A stretch of 64,000 bases of DNA from an uncultured Comamonas sp. (GTDB taxonomy: Bacteria; Pseudomonadota; Gammaproteobacteria; Burkholderiales; Burkholderiaceae_C), in assembly GCA_902175065.1 (NCBI GenBank), contig CABIIJ010000060.1:2445-66444 (forward strand), read 5' to 3'. Shown piece by piece: positions 38,311-49,327 of the stretch. The notes under the pieces were generated by a model that searched no databases, was not told the DNA's origin, and saw only the letters and a program-made list of their open reading frames with translations. The translations under genes and the position numbers were made by a program. Every line of letters begins with the position of its first letter. Position 1 is the first letter of the stretch.

Positions 38311-39444
38311 TCACATCACCTTGAAGTGCTCGGTGCCGGCCATCAGGTCGGACTTGGCCCGCTGGCTGTGCAGTTTGATCTGCAGGCGCAGGTTGTTCAC
38401 CGAGTCGGCGTTGCGCAGCGCATCCTCGTAGGTGATGGCGTTGGCCTCGAACAGGTCGAACAGCGCCTGGTCGAAGGTCTGCATGCCCAGCTCGCGGCTT
38501 TTCTGCATGATTTCCTTGATTTCCACCACGTCGCCCTTGGCGATCATGTCGGAGACCAGCGGGGTGTTGAGCAGCACCTCCAGCGCGGCAATGCGGCCCT
38601 TGGTGCCCAGGCGCGGCATCAGCCGCTGGGAGATCATGCCGCGCAGGTTCAGCGACAGGTCCAGCAGCAACTGCTCGCGCCGCTCTTCGGGGAAGAAGTT
38701 CAGGATGCGGTCCAGCGCCTGGTTGGCGCTGTTGGCGTGCAGGGTGGCCATGCACAGGTGGCCGGTTTCGGAGAATACGATGGCGTGCTCCATCGTCTCG
38801 CGGTCGCGGATTTCGCCCATCAGAATCACGTCCGGGGCCTGGCGCAGGGTGTTTTTCAGGGCCGCTTCCCAGCTGTCGGTGTCCAGCCCCACTTCGCGCT
38901 GGGTGATGATGCAGTTCTTGTGCGGGTGCACGAATTCGATCGGGTCTTCCACCGTGATGATATGGCCGTGCGAGTTCTGGTTGCGCCAATCGACCATGGC
39001 CGCCAGCGAGGTCGACTTGCCCGAGCCGGTGGCGCCCACGAAGATGCACAGCCCGCGCTTGGTCATGGCCACGTCCTTGAGCACCTGGGGCAGGCCCAGC
39101 TGGTCGATGGTGGGGATGTCGGCCGGAATCGTCCGCAGCACCATGCCCACGCGCCCCTGCTGGATGAAGGCGTTCACCCGGAAGCGTCCGATCCCGGCGG
39201 GGGAGATGGCGAAGTTGCACTCCTTGGTGCGCTCGAACTCGGCCATCTGCCGGTCGCTCATGATGGAACGCGCCAGCGCCATGGTGTGGTTGGCCGACAG
39301 CGGCTGCTGCGACACCCGGGCCACGGCGCCGTCGACCTTGATGGCGGGCGGAAACTCCGCCGTCAGGAACAGGTCGCTGCCCTTGCGGTTGACCATCAAC
39401 TGCAGCAGGTCGTTGATGAATTTACTGGCCTGATCGCGTTCCAT
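38311..39444 (-). CDS. pilU: Type IV pilus retraction ATPase PilU
   Basis: GATGSGKSTS, TVEDPIEF, LRQAPDVILMGEIRD, TLHANSANQA. Confidence 0.95.
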   Translation of the reverse strand: MERDQASKFINDLLQLMVNRKGSDLFLTAEFPPAIKVDGAVARVSQQPLSANHTMALARSIMSDRQMAEFERTKECNFAISPAGIGRFRVNAFIQQGRVGMVLRTIPADIPTIDQLGLPQVLKDVAMTKRGLCIFVGATGSGKSTSLAAMVDWRNQNSHGHIITVEDPIEFVHPHKNCIITQREVGLDTDSWEAALKNTLRQAPDVILMGEIRDRETMEHAIVFSETGHLCMATLHANSANQALDRILNFFPEERREQLLLDLSLNLRGMISQRLMPRLGTKGRIAALEVLLNTPLVSDMIAKGDVVEIKEIMQKSRELGMQTFDQALFDLFEANAITYEDALRNADSVNNLRLQIKLHSQRAKSDLMAGTEHFKVM

Positions 39445-39515
39445 ATGCCGAGCGTCCCTTCAAAGAAAAAATTTTTGCACCGCGTTGGCGGGTTGCATTG
39501 GTGATTGCATTGGAA

Positions 39516-40559
39516 TCAGCCCGGGAAGTTTTCCGGGGTCTTGGCCTTGGAGCGGGCTTCGGCCGCGCTGACGAGGTTGCGGCGCACCAGTTCGGACAGG
39601 TTCTGGTCGAGCGTCTGCATCCCGAAGTTCGAACCGGTCTGGATGGCCGAATACATCTGCGCCACCTTGGCCTCGCGGATCAGGTTGCGGATGGCGCTGG
39701 TGCCGATCATGATCTCGTGCGCCGCCACGCGGCCATTGCCGTCCTTGGTCTTGCACAGGGTCTGCGAAATCACCGCCTGCAGCGATTCCGAGAGCATGGC
39801 CCGCACCATTTCCTTCTCTTCCGCCGGGAAGACGTCGATGATCCGGTCGATGGTTTTCGCGGCGCTGGAGGTGTGCAGCGTGCCGAACACCAGGTGGCCG
39901 GTTTCCGCCGCCGTCATCGCCAGGCGGATGGTTTCCAGGTCGCGCATTTCCCCCACCAGGATGCAGTCCGGGTCTTCGCGCAGGGCCGAGCGCAGCGCGG
40001 CGGAGAAGGTCTTGGTCATCGGCCCGACCTCGCGCTGGTTCACCAGGCATTTCTTCGACTGGTGGACGAATTCGATCGGGTCTTCCACCGTCAGGATGTG
40101 GCCCTGCTCGTTGCTGTTGAGGTAGTCCAGCATGGCCGCCAGGGTGGTCGATTTGCCCGAGCCGGTCGGGCCGGTGACCAGCACCAGGCCGCGCGGCTTG
40201 AGGGCCAGGTCGGCAAAAATCTTCGGCGCATTCAGGTCTTCGAGCGTCAGGATCTTGCTGGGAATGGTCCGGAACACCGCCGCCGCGCCCCGGTACTGGT
40301 TGAAGGCGTTCACACGAAAGCGGGCCAGCCCGGCGATCTCGAAGGAGAAGTCCACCTCCAGGTCTTCCTCGTAGGCCTTGCGCTGGCCGTCGGTCATGAT
40401 GTCGTACACCATGCTGTGCACCATCTTGTGGTCCAGCGGCTCGACGTTGATGCGGCGCACGTCGCCATGCACGCGGATCATGGGCGGCAACCCGGCAGAC
40501 AAGTGCAAGTCCGAAGCTTTGTTTTTCACGCCGAAGGCCAGCAAACTCGTGATGTCCAC
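39516..40559 (-). CDS. pilT: Type IV pilus retraction ATPase PilT
   Basis: GTG start with GGAG RBS; GPTGSGKSTT, ALREDPD, AIRNLIRE. Confidence 0.96.
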   Translation of the reverse strand: MDITSLLAFGVKNKASDLHLSAGLPPMIRVHGDVRRINVEPLDHKMVHSMVYDIMTDGQRKAYEEDLEVDFSFEIAGLARFRVNAFNQYRGAAAVFRTIPSKILTLEDLNAPKIFADLALKPRGLVLVTGPTGSGKSTTLAAMLDYLNSNEQGHILTVEDPIEFVHQSKKCLVNQREVGPMTKTFSAALRSALREDPDCILVGEMRDLETIRLAMTAAETGHLVFGTLHTSSAAKTIDRIIDVFPAEEKEMVRAMLSESLQAVISQTLCKTKDGNGRVAAHEIMIGTSAIRNLIREAKVAQMYSAIQTGSNFGMQTLDQNLSELVRRNLVSAAEARSKAKTPENFPG

Positions 40560-40599
40560 GTGATTTCTCCTTGTTAGGTTTGGTACGCTCGCAGGGATT

Positions 40600-41316
40600 A
40601 TGACCACGATTGCCGACCAGCTTCACCACGTCCAGGCGCAAATTGCCGCTGCCGCCGCACAGGCGGGCCGCCCCCCCGCTGCGGTGCGGCTGCTGGCCGT
40701 CTCCAAGACCTTCCCGGCCACCGCCGTGCGTGCGGCGGCCCTGGCCGGGCAGCGCGATTTCGGCGAGAACTACATCCAGGAAGGCGTGGAAAAAATCGCC
40801 GCCCTGCGGGCCATGGCGGACATCGCGCCGCTCACCTGGCACTGCATCGGCCCGATCCAGAGCAACAAAACCCGGCTGGTGGCCGAGCACTTCGACTGGG
40901 CGCACACCATCGACCGCCTGAAAACCGCGCAGCGTCTGTCTGACCAGCGCCCGGCGCACCTGCCGCCGCTGCAAGTGTGCCTCCAGGTGAACGTGGACGG
41001 CGGCGCGACCAAGGCCGGTTGCAACCCGGCCGAGGCCGCCGAACTGGCCCGGGCCATCGCCCACCTGCCGCGCCTGCAACTGCGCGGCGTGATGAGCATC
41101 CCCGACCCGCAGCCCGATGCCGCCGCCATGCTGGCCGTCCATCAGCAGGTCGTGGCCGTGTTCGACACCCTGCGCCGCCTGCCGGGGCTGGACGGCCTGG
41201 ATACCGTCAGCCTGGGCATGACGGCGGACATGGACAGCGCGATTGCTGCCGGCAGCACGCTGGTGCGCGTGGGCAGCGGCATTTTTGGCGAGCGCGACTA
41301 TTCCGGGCGCCCATGA
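40600..41316 (+). CDS. yggS: YggS/PLP homeostasis protein
   Basis: LLAVSKT, FGENYIQE, WHCIGPIQSNK, SLGMTAD, VRVGSGIFG. Confidence 0.95.
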   Translation: MTTIADQLHHVQAQIAAAAAQAGRPPAAVRLLAVSKTFPATAVRAAALAGQRDFGENYIQEGVEKIAALRAMADIAPLTWHCIGPIQSNKTRLVAEHFDWAHTIDRLKTAQRLSDQRPAHLPPLQVCLQVNVDGGATKAGCNPAEAAELARAIAHLPRLQLRGVMSIPDPQPDAAAMLAVHQQVVAVFDTLRRLPGLDGLDTVSLGMTADMDSAIAAGSTLVRVGSGIFGERDYSGRP

Positions 41317-41353
41317 CTTTTCCATTCATCCCTTGCAACGAAAGCCTCTTTTC

Positions 41354-41761
41354 ATGAAAAAACTTTTGCATCTGGCCACCGCCGCCGCGCTGCTGGCCGC
41401 CAGCGCTGCCCACGCCGCACCGGAAACCACCGCCAGCGGCCTGGTGTTTGAAACCATCACCCAGGGCAGCGGCCCCAGCCCCAAGGCCAGCGACATGGTG
41501 CAGGTGCACTACCGGGGCTGGCTGCCGGGCAGCAGCCAGGATTTCGACAGTTCCATCGCCCGGGGCAAGCCCGCCGTGTTCGGGCTGGACATGGTCATCC
41601 CCTGCTGGACGGAGGCGGTGCAGAAAATGCAAGTGGGCGGCAAGGCCAAACTGACCTGCCCGCCCGCCATCGCCTACGGCAGCCGGGGTGCAGGCGGGGT
41701 GATTCCGCCCAATGCCACGCTGAACTTCGAGGTGGAGCTGCTGGGCATCGGCAAGCCCTGA
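41354..41761 (+). CDS. Exported FKBP-type peptidyl-prolyl isomerase
   Basis: Signal peptide; VHYRG..FDSS; VIPCWTEA; IPPNATLNFEVELL. Confidence 0.93.
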   Translation: MKKLLHLATAAALLAASAAHAAPETTASGLVFETITQGSGPSPKASDMVQVHYRGWLPGSSQDFDSSIARGKPAVFGLDMVIPCWTEAVQKMQVGGKAKLTCPPAIAYGSRGAGGVIPPNATLNFEVELLGIGKP

Positions 41762-41807
41762 TTCCAATTCCAGATCAATAGATTGCTTTGTCGGCTTCGC
41801 TGGCCTT
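41759..41807. repeat. Family C MITE, partial copy starting at the FKBP TGA stop
   Basis: 41762-41807 is the reverse complement of 47952-47997 (45/46). Confidence 0.85.
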
Positions 41808-41808
41808 G

Positions 41809-41826
41809 GAACCTGTTTACGATCTC
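41809..41826 (+). repeat. Family B MITE single end
   Basis: GAACCTGTTTACGATCTC, 15/18 match to the 5302 TIR. Confidence 0.6.
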
Positions 41827-41835
41827 CGGGAAAAT

Positions 41836-41925
41836 AAAAAAAGAGCTTCTTCCGCTTGGTATTGCTAGATTTCAGAGTGTTTTATCTTTGAAATCCAATA
41901 ATAATCAGCGGAAGAAGCTCTTTTT
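41836..41925. repeat. Family A dyad element, copy 6
   Basis: AGCT 41844, CGCT 41853, TCAG 41872, TTGA 41888, AGCG 41907, AGCT 41916. Confidence 0.88.
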
Positions 41926-41946
41926 ACAGTAGCAAACTACTGAATA

Positions 41947-42984
41947 TCAATCCCGCAGGCTCTCCCAATCCAGAATCACCTTGCCGCTCTGGCCGGAGAG
42001 CATGGCGTCGAACCCCGCCTCGAACTCCCCCACGGGGAAGCGGTGCGTGACGATGGGACTCAAGTCCAGCCCGCTTTGCAGCATGGCGACCATCTTGTAC
42101 CAGGTCTCGAACATCTCACGGCCATAGATGCCCTTGATTTCCAGCCCCTTGAAGATCACCTGGTTCCAGTCGATGGCGGTGTTGGCGGGCGGAATGCCCA
42201 GCAGCGCGATCTTGCCGCCGTGGTTCATGTGCTCCAGCATGGCCGTAAAGGCGGTGGGCACGCCGGACATTTCCAGGCCGACGTCGAAGCCCTCGCTCAT
42301 GTGCAAATCCTCCATCACGCCGCGCAGGCTTTCGCGGCTGACGTTCACGGCCCGCGTCGCGCCCATCCTGCGGGCCAGCTCCAGGCGGTAGTCGTTCACG
42401 TCGGTGATGACCACGTTGCGTGCCCCGACGTGGCGGGCAATCGCCACGGCCATGATGCCGATGGGGCCGGCGCCGGTGATCAGCACGTCCTCGCCCACCA
42501 GGTTGAAGGACAGCGCGGTGTGCGTGGCGTTGCCGAAGGGGTCGAAGATGGCGGCCAGATCGTCCGGAATGTCGTGCGGAATCTTGAAGGCGTTGAAGGC
42601 CGGTATCACCAGGTACTGCGCGAACGCGCCAGGCCGGTTCACGCCCACGCCGACGGTGTTGCGGCACAGGTGGCGGCGGCCCGCACGGCAGTTGCGGCAG
42701 AAGCCGCAGGTGATGTGCCCCTCGCCGGAGACGCGGTCGCCCACCTGGAAGCCGCGCACTTCCTGGCCCATGGCGACGATCTCGCCGACGTACTCGTGGC
42801 CGACGTGCATGGGCACGGGGATGGTTTTCTGCGCCCACTCGTCCCATTTCCAGATGTGGATGTCGGTGCCGCAGATGGCGGTCTTGCGGATCTTGATCAG
42901 AACGTCGTTGGGGCCGACGTCCGGCTTGTCCACGTCGGTCAGCGTCAGGCCGACGGCGGGCTGGAGTTTTGCCAGTGCTTTCAC
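41947..42984 (-). CDS. tdh: L-threonine 3-dehydrogenase
   Basis: [42 protein letters not shown]; GTG start 42984. Confidence 0.96.
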   Translation of the reverse strand: MKALAKLQPAVGLTLTDVDKPDVGPNDVLIKIRKTAICGTDIHIWKWDEWAQKTIPVPMHVGHEYVGEIVAMGQEVRGFQVGDRVSGEGHITCGFCRNCRAGRRHLCRNTVGVGVNRPGAFAQYLVIPAFNAFKIPHDIPDDLAAIFDPFGNATHTALSFNLVGEDVLITGAGPIGIMAVAIARHVGARNVVITDVNDYRLELARRMGATRAVNVSRESLRGVMEDLHMSEGFDVGLEMSGVPTAFTAMLEHMNHGGKIALLGIPPANTAIDWNQVIFKGLEIKGIYGREMFETWYKMVAMLQSGLDLSPIVTHRFPVGEFEAGFDAMLSGQSGKVILDWESLRD

Positions 42985-43007
42985 GGAGCAATCCTTGGGA
43001 TGAAAAG

Positions 43008-44207
<1,200 letters not shown>

Positions 44208-44223
44208 GGGGTGCTCCTTGTCC

Positions 44224-44945
44224 TTACTCGCCCAGGTAGGCCGCCCGCACCTTGGGGTCGTGCAGCAGCTCGCTGGCCGGGCCTTGCAGGGTCAGCTCGC
44301 CGGATTCCAGCACGTAGCCGCGCTGGCTCACTTCCAGGGCCAGGCGGGCGTTCTGCTCGATCAGCAGAATCGTCACGCCCTGTTTGGAGATGTCCTCGAT
44401 CACCTCGAAGATCTTGTCCACCATGATGGGGGCCAGCCCCATGGTCGGCTCGTCCAGCAGCAGCAACTGCGGTTTGGACAGGATGGCGCGGCCCATGGCC
44501 AGCATCTGCTGCTCGCCGCCCGACAGCGTGCCGGCGGTCTGCAGGCGGCGCTCGGCCAGGCGCGGGAAGCGCTGGTAGACCTGCTCCAGCTCCTGGGCGA
44601 CGTTGATCGCATCCTTGCGGCTGTAGCTGCCCATGTGCAGGTTTTCCTCGATGGTGAGCTGCGGGAAGATGCCGCGCCCTTCCGGCACCATCACCAGCCC
44701 CTGGCGCACCATGGCGTGCACGGGCTGGCCGGCCAGGCTGTGGCCCTTGTAATGGATGGCACCGGCGGCCAGCGGCACCAGGCCGCAGATGGCCCGCAGC
44801 GTGGTGCTTTTGCCCGCGCCGTTGGCGCCGATCAGCGCCACCAGCTCGCCGGGGTTCACATGCAGGTTCAACTGGCGCACGGCGCGGATGCCGCCATAGG
44901 CAACGTCGATGCCGCGAATGTCCAGCATGGGAGTTTGGGCTTCGG

Positions 44946-44949
<4 letters not shown>
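44224..44949 (-). CDS. livF: ABC ATP-binding protein LivF
   Basis: [32 protein letters not shown]; ATG 44949. Confidence 0.92.
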
Positions 44950-45802
<853 letters not shown>

Positions 45803-45806
<4 letters not shown>

Positions 45807-46897
45807 GCCTGCTGCTCCTTGCCACGGTTGAGTTCACGCTTGCGTACCTGCGAAGGCCACAGCCCTTCGGGCCGGAAAATCATGATCGCCACCAGCGCCA
45901 CGCCGAACAGCAACATGCGGATGGCGTCGGGATCGATCAGCACGTCGCCAAACAGCGTTTCCTGGATGGGCACCACCACGTTGCGCAGCACCTCGGGGAA
46001 GATGGACAGCAGCAGCGCCCCGGCGACCACGCCCGGCACATGGCCCATGCCGCCCAGCACCACCATGCACAGGATGGCGATGGACTCGGTCAGGCCGAAG
46101 CTCTCGGGGCTGACGAAGCCCTGCATGGAGGCAAACAGGCACCCGGCCACGCCGCCGAAGCTGGCGCCCATGCCGAAAGCCATCAGCTTGATGCTGCGGG
46201 TGTTGATGCCCATGGCCTTGGCGGCCACCTCGTCCTCGCGCACCGCCTCCCAGGCACGGCCCACGCGCGAGTTTTGCAGGCGGATGCACACGAAGATGAT
46301 GAGGATGACCAGCGCCATCAGCAGGTAGTAGTACTTCTCCGGCCCGGTGATGCGAAAGCCCAGAATCGTCTCGGGCCGGCCCAGCGCCCATTCGCCCACC
46401 TTGAAGGTGTCGATGCGGTTGATGCCCTGGGGGCCGTTGGTGATGTTCACCGGCGCATCCAGGTTGTTCATGAAGATGCGGATGATCTCGCCGAAGCCCA
46501 GCGTCACGATGGCCAGATAGTCGCCGCGCAGCTTGAGCACCGGAAAGCCCAGCGCAATCCCCGCCGCCGCCGCCAGCGCCACGCCGATGGGCAGCACGAT
46601 CCAGAACGGCAGGTGCAGGTCGAAGTGCGGCGAAGCCAGTAGCGCCCAGGCATACGCGCCCACGGCGTAGAAGGCGATGTAGCCCAGGTCGAGCAGCCCG
46701 GCAAAGCCGACGACGATGTTCAGCCCCAGGGCCAGCATCACGTACAGCAGGGCAAAGTTCAGGATGCGAATCCAGCCCTGCCCGGCAGTTGCGCCCAATA
46801 AAAACGGCAGTGCCAGCAGTACCGCGCCGATGGCGAAAGCGCCCAGCCAGACTTTGACCGGCGTGCGATCTTTGGAAGTGGAAAGTGTGTGGTTCAT
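45803..46897 (-). CDS. livM: ABC permease LivM
   Basis: GLNIVVGFAGLLDLGY, LKLRGDYLAIVTLGFGEII. Confidence 0.92.
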
Positions 46898-47823
46898 GCG
46901 CGGTCTCCCGAACGTTCACCCAAGAGGCCCGAGGGGCGGAAGATCAGCACCACCACCAGCACGATGAAGCTGAACACGTCCTGGTAATGGCTGCCGAACA
47001 CGCCGTTGGTCAGGTTGCCGACGTAGCCGGAACCCAGCGCCTCGATCAGCCCCAGCAGCAGGCCGCCGAGCATGGCGCCGCCCAGGTTGCCGATGCCGCC
47101 CAGCACGGCGGCGGTGAAGGCTTTCAGGCCCAGCATGAAGCCCATGGTGTACTGGGCCACGCCGTAGTAGCTGGCGATCATCACCCCGGCAACGGCTGCC
47201 AGGGCCGAGCCGACCAGGAAGGCTGCCGAGATGACGGTGTTGATGTTCACCCCCATCAGCCCCGCCACCTCGCGGTTCTGCGCCGTGGCCCGCATGGCCA
47301 TGCCCAGGCGGGTTTTGTGCACCAGCAGCAGCAGCGCCACCATGATCAGGGCCGAGCCGAGCATGATCGCCAGTTGCAACATGCTCAGGCGGGCATCGCC
47401 GATCTGCAGCACCGAAGGCTCGATGATGTGCGGGAAATTCAGGTAGTTGCGGCCCCAGAACATCATGGCGACGTTCTGGATGATGATGGACACGCCGATC
47501 GCCGTGATCAGCGCCGCCAGCCGGGGCGCACGGCGCAGCGGGCGGTAGGCGATGCGCTCGGCCGTCCAGCCCAGCGCCATGCACACGGGGATCGACACCA
47601 CCAGCGCTGCGCCGATGGCCACGAAAACGGAAACGTCACCATAGTGGCCGACCAGCGCCAGCACCACGCTGGTGGCGATCATGGCCCCGACCATGACCAC
47701 GTCGCCATGGGCGAAGTTGATCAGGCCGATGATGCCGTAGACCATGGTGTAGCCCAGCGCCACCAGCGCATACACGCTGCCAGCGGTCAGGCCGTTGATG
47801 ATTTGTTGCAGAAAGATATCCAT
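46894..47823 (-). CDS. livH: ABC permease LivH
   Basis: GYTMVYGIIGLINFAHG, LKAFTAAVLGGIG. Confidence 0.92.
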   Translation of the reverse strand: MDIFLQQIINGLTAGSVYALVALGYTMVYGIIGLINFAHGDVVMVGAMIATSVVLALVGHYGDVSVFVAIGAALVVSIPVCMALGWTAERIAYRPLRRAPRLAALITAIGVSIIIQNVAMMFWGRNYLNFPHIIEPSVLQIGDARLSMLQLAIMLGSALIMVALLLLVHKTRLGMAMRATAQNREVAGLMGVNINTVISAAFLVGSALAAVAGVMIASYYGVAQYTMGFMLGLKAFTAAVLGGIGNLGGAMLGGLLLGLIEALGSGYVGNLTNGVFGSHYQDVFSFIVLVVVLIFRPSGLLGERSGDRA

Positions 47824-47893
47824 GACGGTCGCGCCGTGCGGCGTGGGCAGTCGGGGGGAAAAATGGACTTGCCGGGAACGTGTTCACACGTGC

Positions 47894-48000
47894 TCATTCC
47901 ATTTCCAGATCAATAGAGTACGCGAAGGCGAAGCGCAGACATTACTGGCGTAAGGCCAGCGAAGCCGACAAAGTAATCTATTGATCTGGAATTGGAATCA
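47894..48000. mobile_element. Family C MITE, complete (101 bp, 21-bp TIR, TCA duplication)
   Basis: TCA-TTCCATTTCCAGATCAATAGA...TCTATTGATCTGGAATTGGAA-TCA; TIR 20/21. Confidence 0.85.
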
Positions 48001-48092
48001 GAACAAGTCCGAAGAAATTGCGGCAGTAGTAACCGCAACGGGCTGCGTTCAAGCAGCCGCCACGGCCCCGGCAGGGCCGTGGCAGAAAGCCG

Positions 48093-49253
48093 TTACTTGG
48101 CCGAATCGACGATGGTCTTCACTTCTTCCCACTGGCCGCCCTTGACGGTGTAGATGGTCACGGCCACTTCGTTCAAGTCGCCGTTCTTGTCGTAGCTGAT
48201 GTTGGTGCTGGTGGCGCCGCTGCGCTTCAGACCGGCCAGCTTGGGCAGGTACTTGTCGGCCTTGGTCGAGCCGGCCTGCTCCATGGCGGTGATCATGTTC
48301 CAGGCACCGTCGTAGGCGTAGGGGGCGTACACGCCAGGATCGACCTTGAAGCGGGCCTTGTAGGCTGCGGCAAACTTCTCGCCCTGGGCCATGGTCTTGA
48401 GGGGCACGCCGGCCAGCGAGGCGTAGGTGCCGTTGGCGGCTTCCCCGGCCAGTTTCAGGAAAGTGTCGCTGCGCGTCATTTCGCCGGAGACCAGGGGCTG
48501 GGTGATGCCCAGGGTTTGCATCTGGCGGCGCATCGGGCCGGACTGCGCATCCAGGCCACCGAAGAAGATGGCGTCCGCGCCCTTGGCCTTGATGCTGGTC
48601 AGGATGGCGGTGAAGTCGGTCGCCTTGTCGGTGGTGTATTCCCGCGCCACGATGGTGCCGCCGGCCCGCTTGACGGCGGCGATCACCTGGTCGGTCAGGC
48701 CCTGGCCGTAGGCGGTGCGGTCGTCGATCACGGCCACTTTCTTGGCTTTCAGGTCATTGACGATGAACACGCCCACGGCAGAACCCTGCTGGGTGTCGCT
48801 GGTCATCATGCGGAAGGTGGTGTCATAGCCCTGCAGCGTGTATTCGGGCGAGGTCGCCATGGCGATCTGGGGGATGCCCGCGTCGTTGTAGACGCGCGAG
48901 GCCGGGATGGTGGTGCCCGAGTTGAAGTGGCCCAGCATGCCCTGCACCTTGGCATCGGCAATCTGCTGCGCCACCTGCACGGCGGTACGCGGGTCGGCCT
49001 GGTCGTCCTTGGACACCAGCACGAACTTGGCCGTATCGCCATCCAGCTTGATGCCCTTGGCGTTGGCCTCTTCCAGCGCCAGCGTCAGGCCGTTGCGCAT
49101 GTCTTCGCCGTAGTGGGCCTGGGGGCCGGTCAGCGGCGCGGCAAAGCCCAGGCGCACGGTGGTTTCCGCGTGGGCGGCGCTCATCAGGCCGCCAAAGGCG
49201 CAGGCCAGGGCCGCACTGGTGGCCAGGGTCTTGAAGGATGGAGAGGTTTTCAT
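48093..49253 (-). CDS. Branched-chain amino acid ABC substrate-binding protein (LivK/J)
   Basis: Signal peptide MKTSPSF.., AAPLTGPQAHYG, GHFNSGTTIPAS, DDRTAYGQGL. Confidence 0.92.
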   Translation of the reverse strand: MKTSPSFKTLATSAALACAFGGLMSAAHAETTVRLGFAAPLTGPQAHYGEDMRNGLTLALEEANAKGIKLDGDTAKFVLVSKDDQADPRTAVQVAQQIADAKVQGMLGHFNSGTTIPASRVYNDAGIPQIAMATSPEYTLQGYDTTFRMMTSDTQQGSAVGVFIVNDLKAKKVAVIDDRTAYGQGLTDQVIAAVKRAGGTIVAREYTTDKATDFTAILTSIKAKGADAIFFGGLDAQSGPMRRQMQTLGITQPLVSGEMTRSDTFLKLAGEAANGTYASLAGVPLKTMAQGEKFAAAYKARFKVDPGVYAPYAYDGAWNMITAMEQAGSTKADKYLPKLAGLKRSGATSTNISYDKNGDLNEVAVTIYTVKGGQWEEVKTIVDSAK

Positions 49254-49327
49254 GCTGGGTTGCTCCTTGGTTGGTGAGGGGAAAAGGAAGGACTGTAGAA
49301 AGGTCGTCGGTAACCGCAAAGGCGGGT

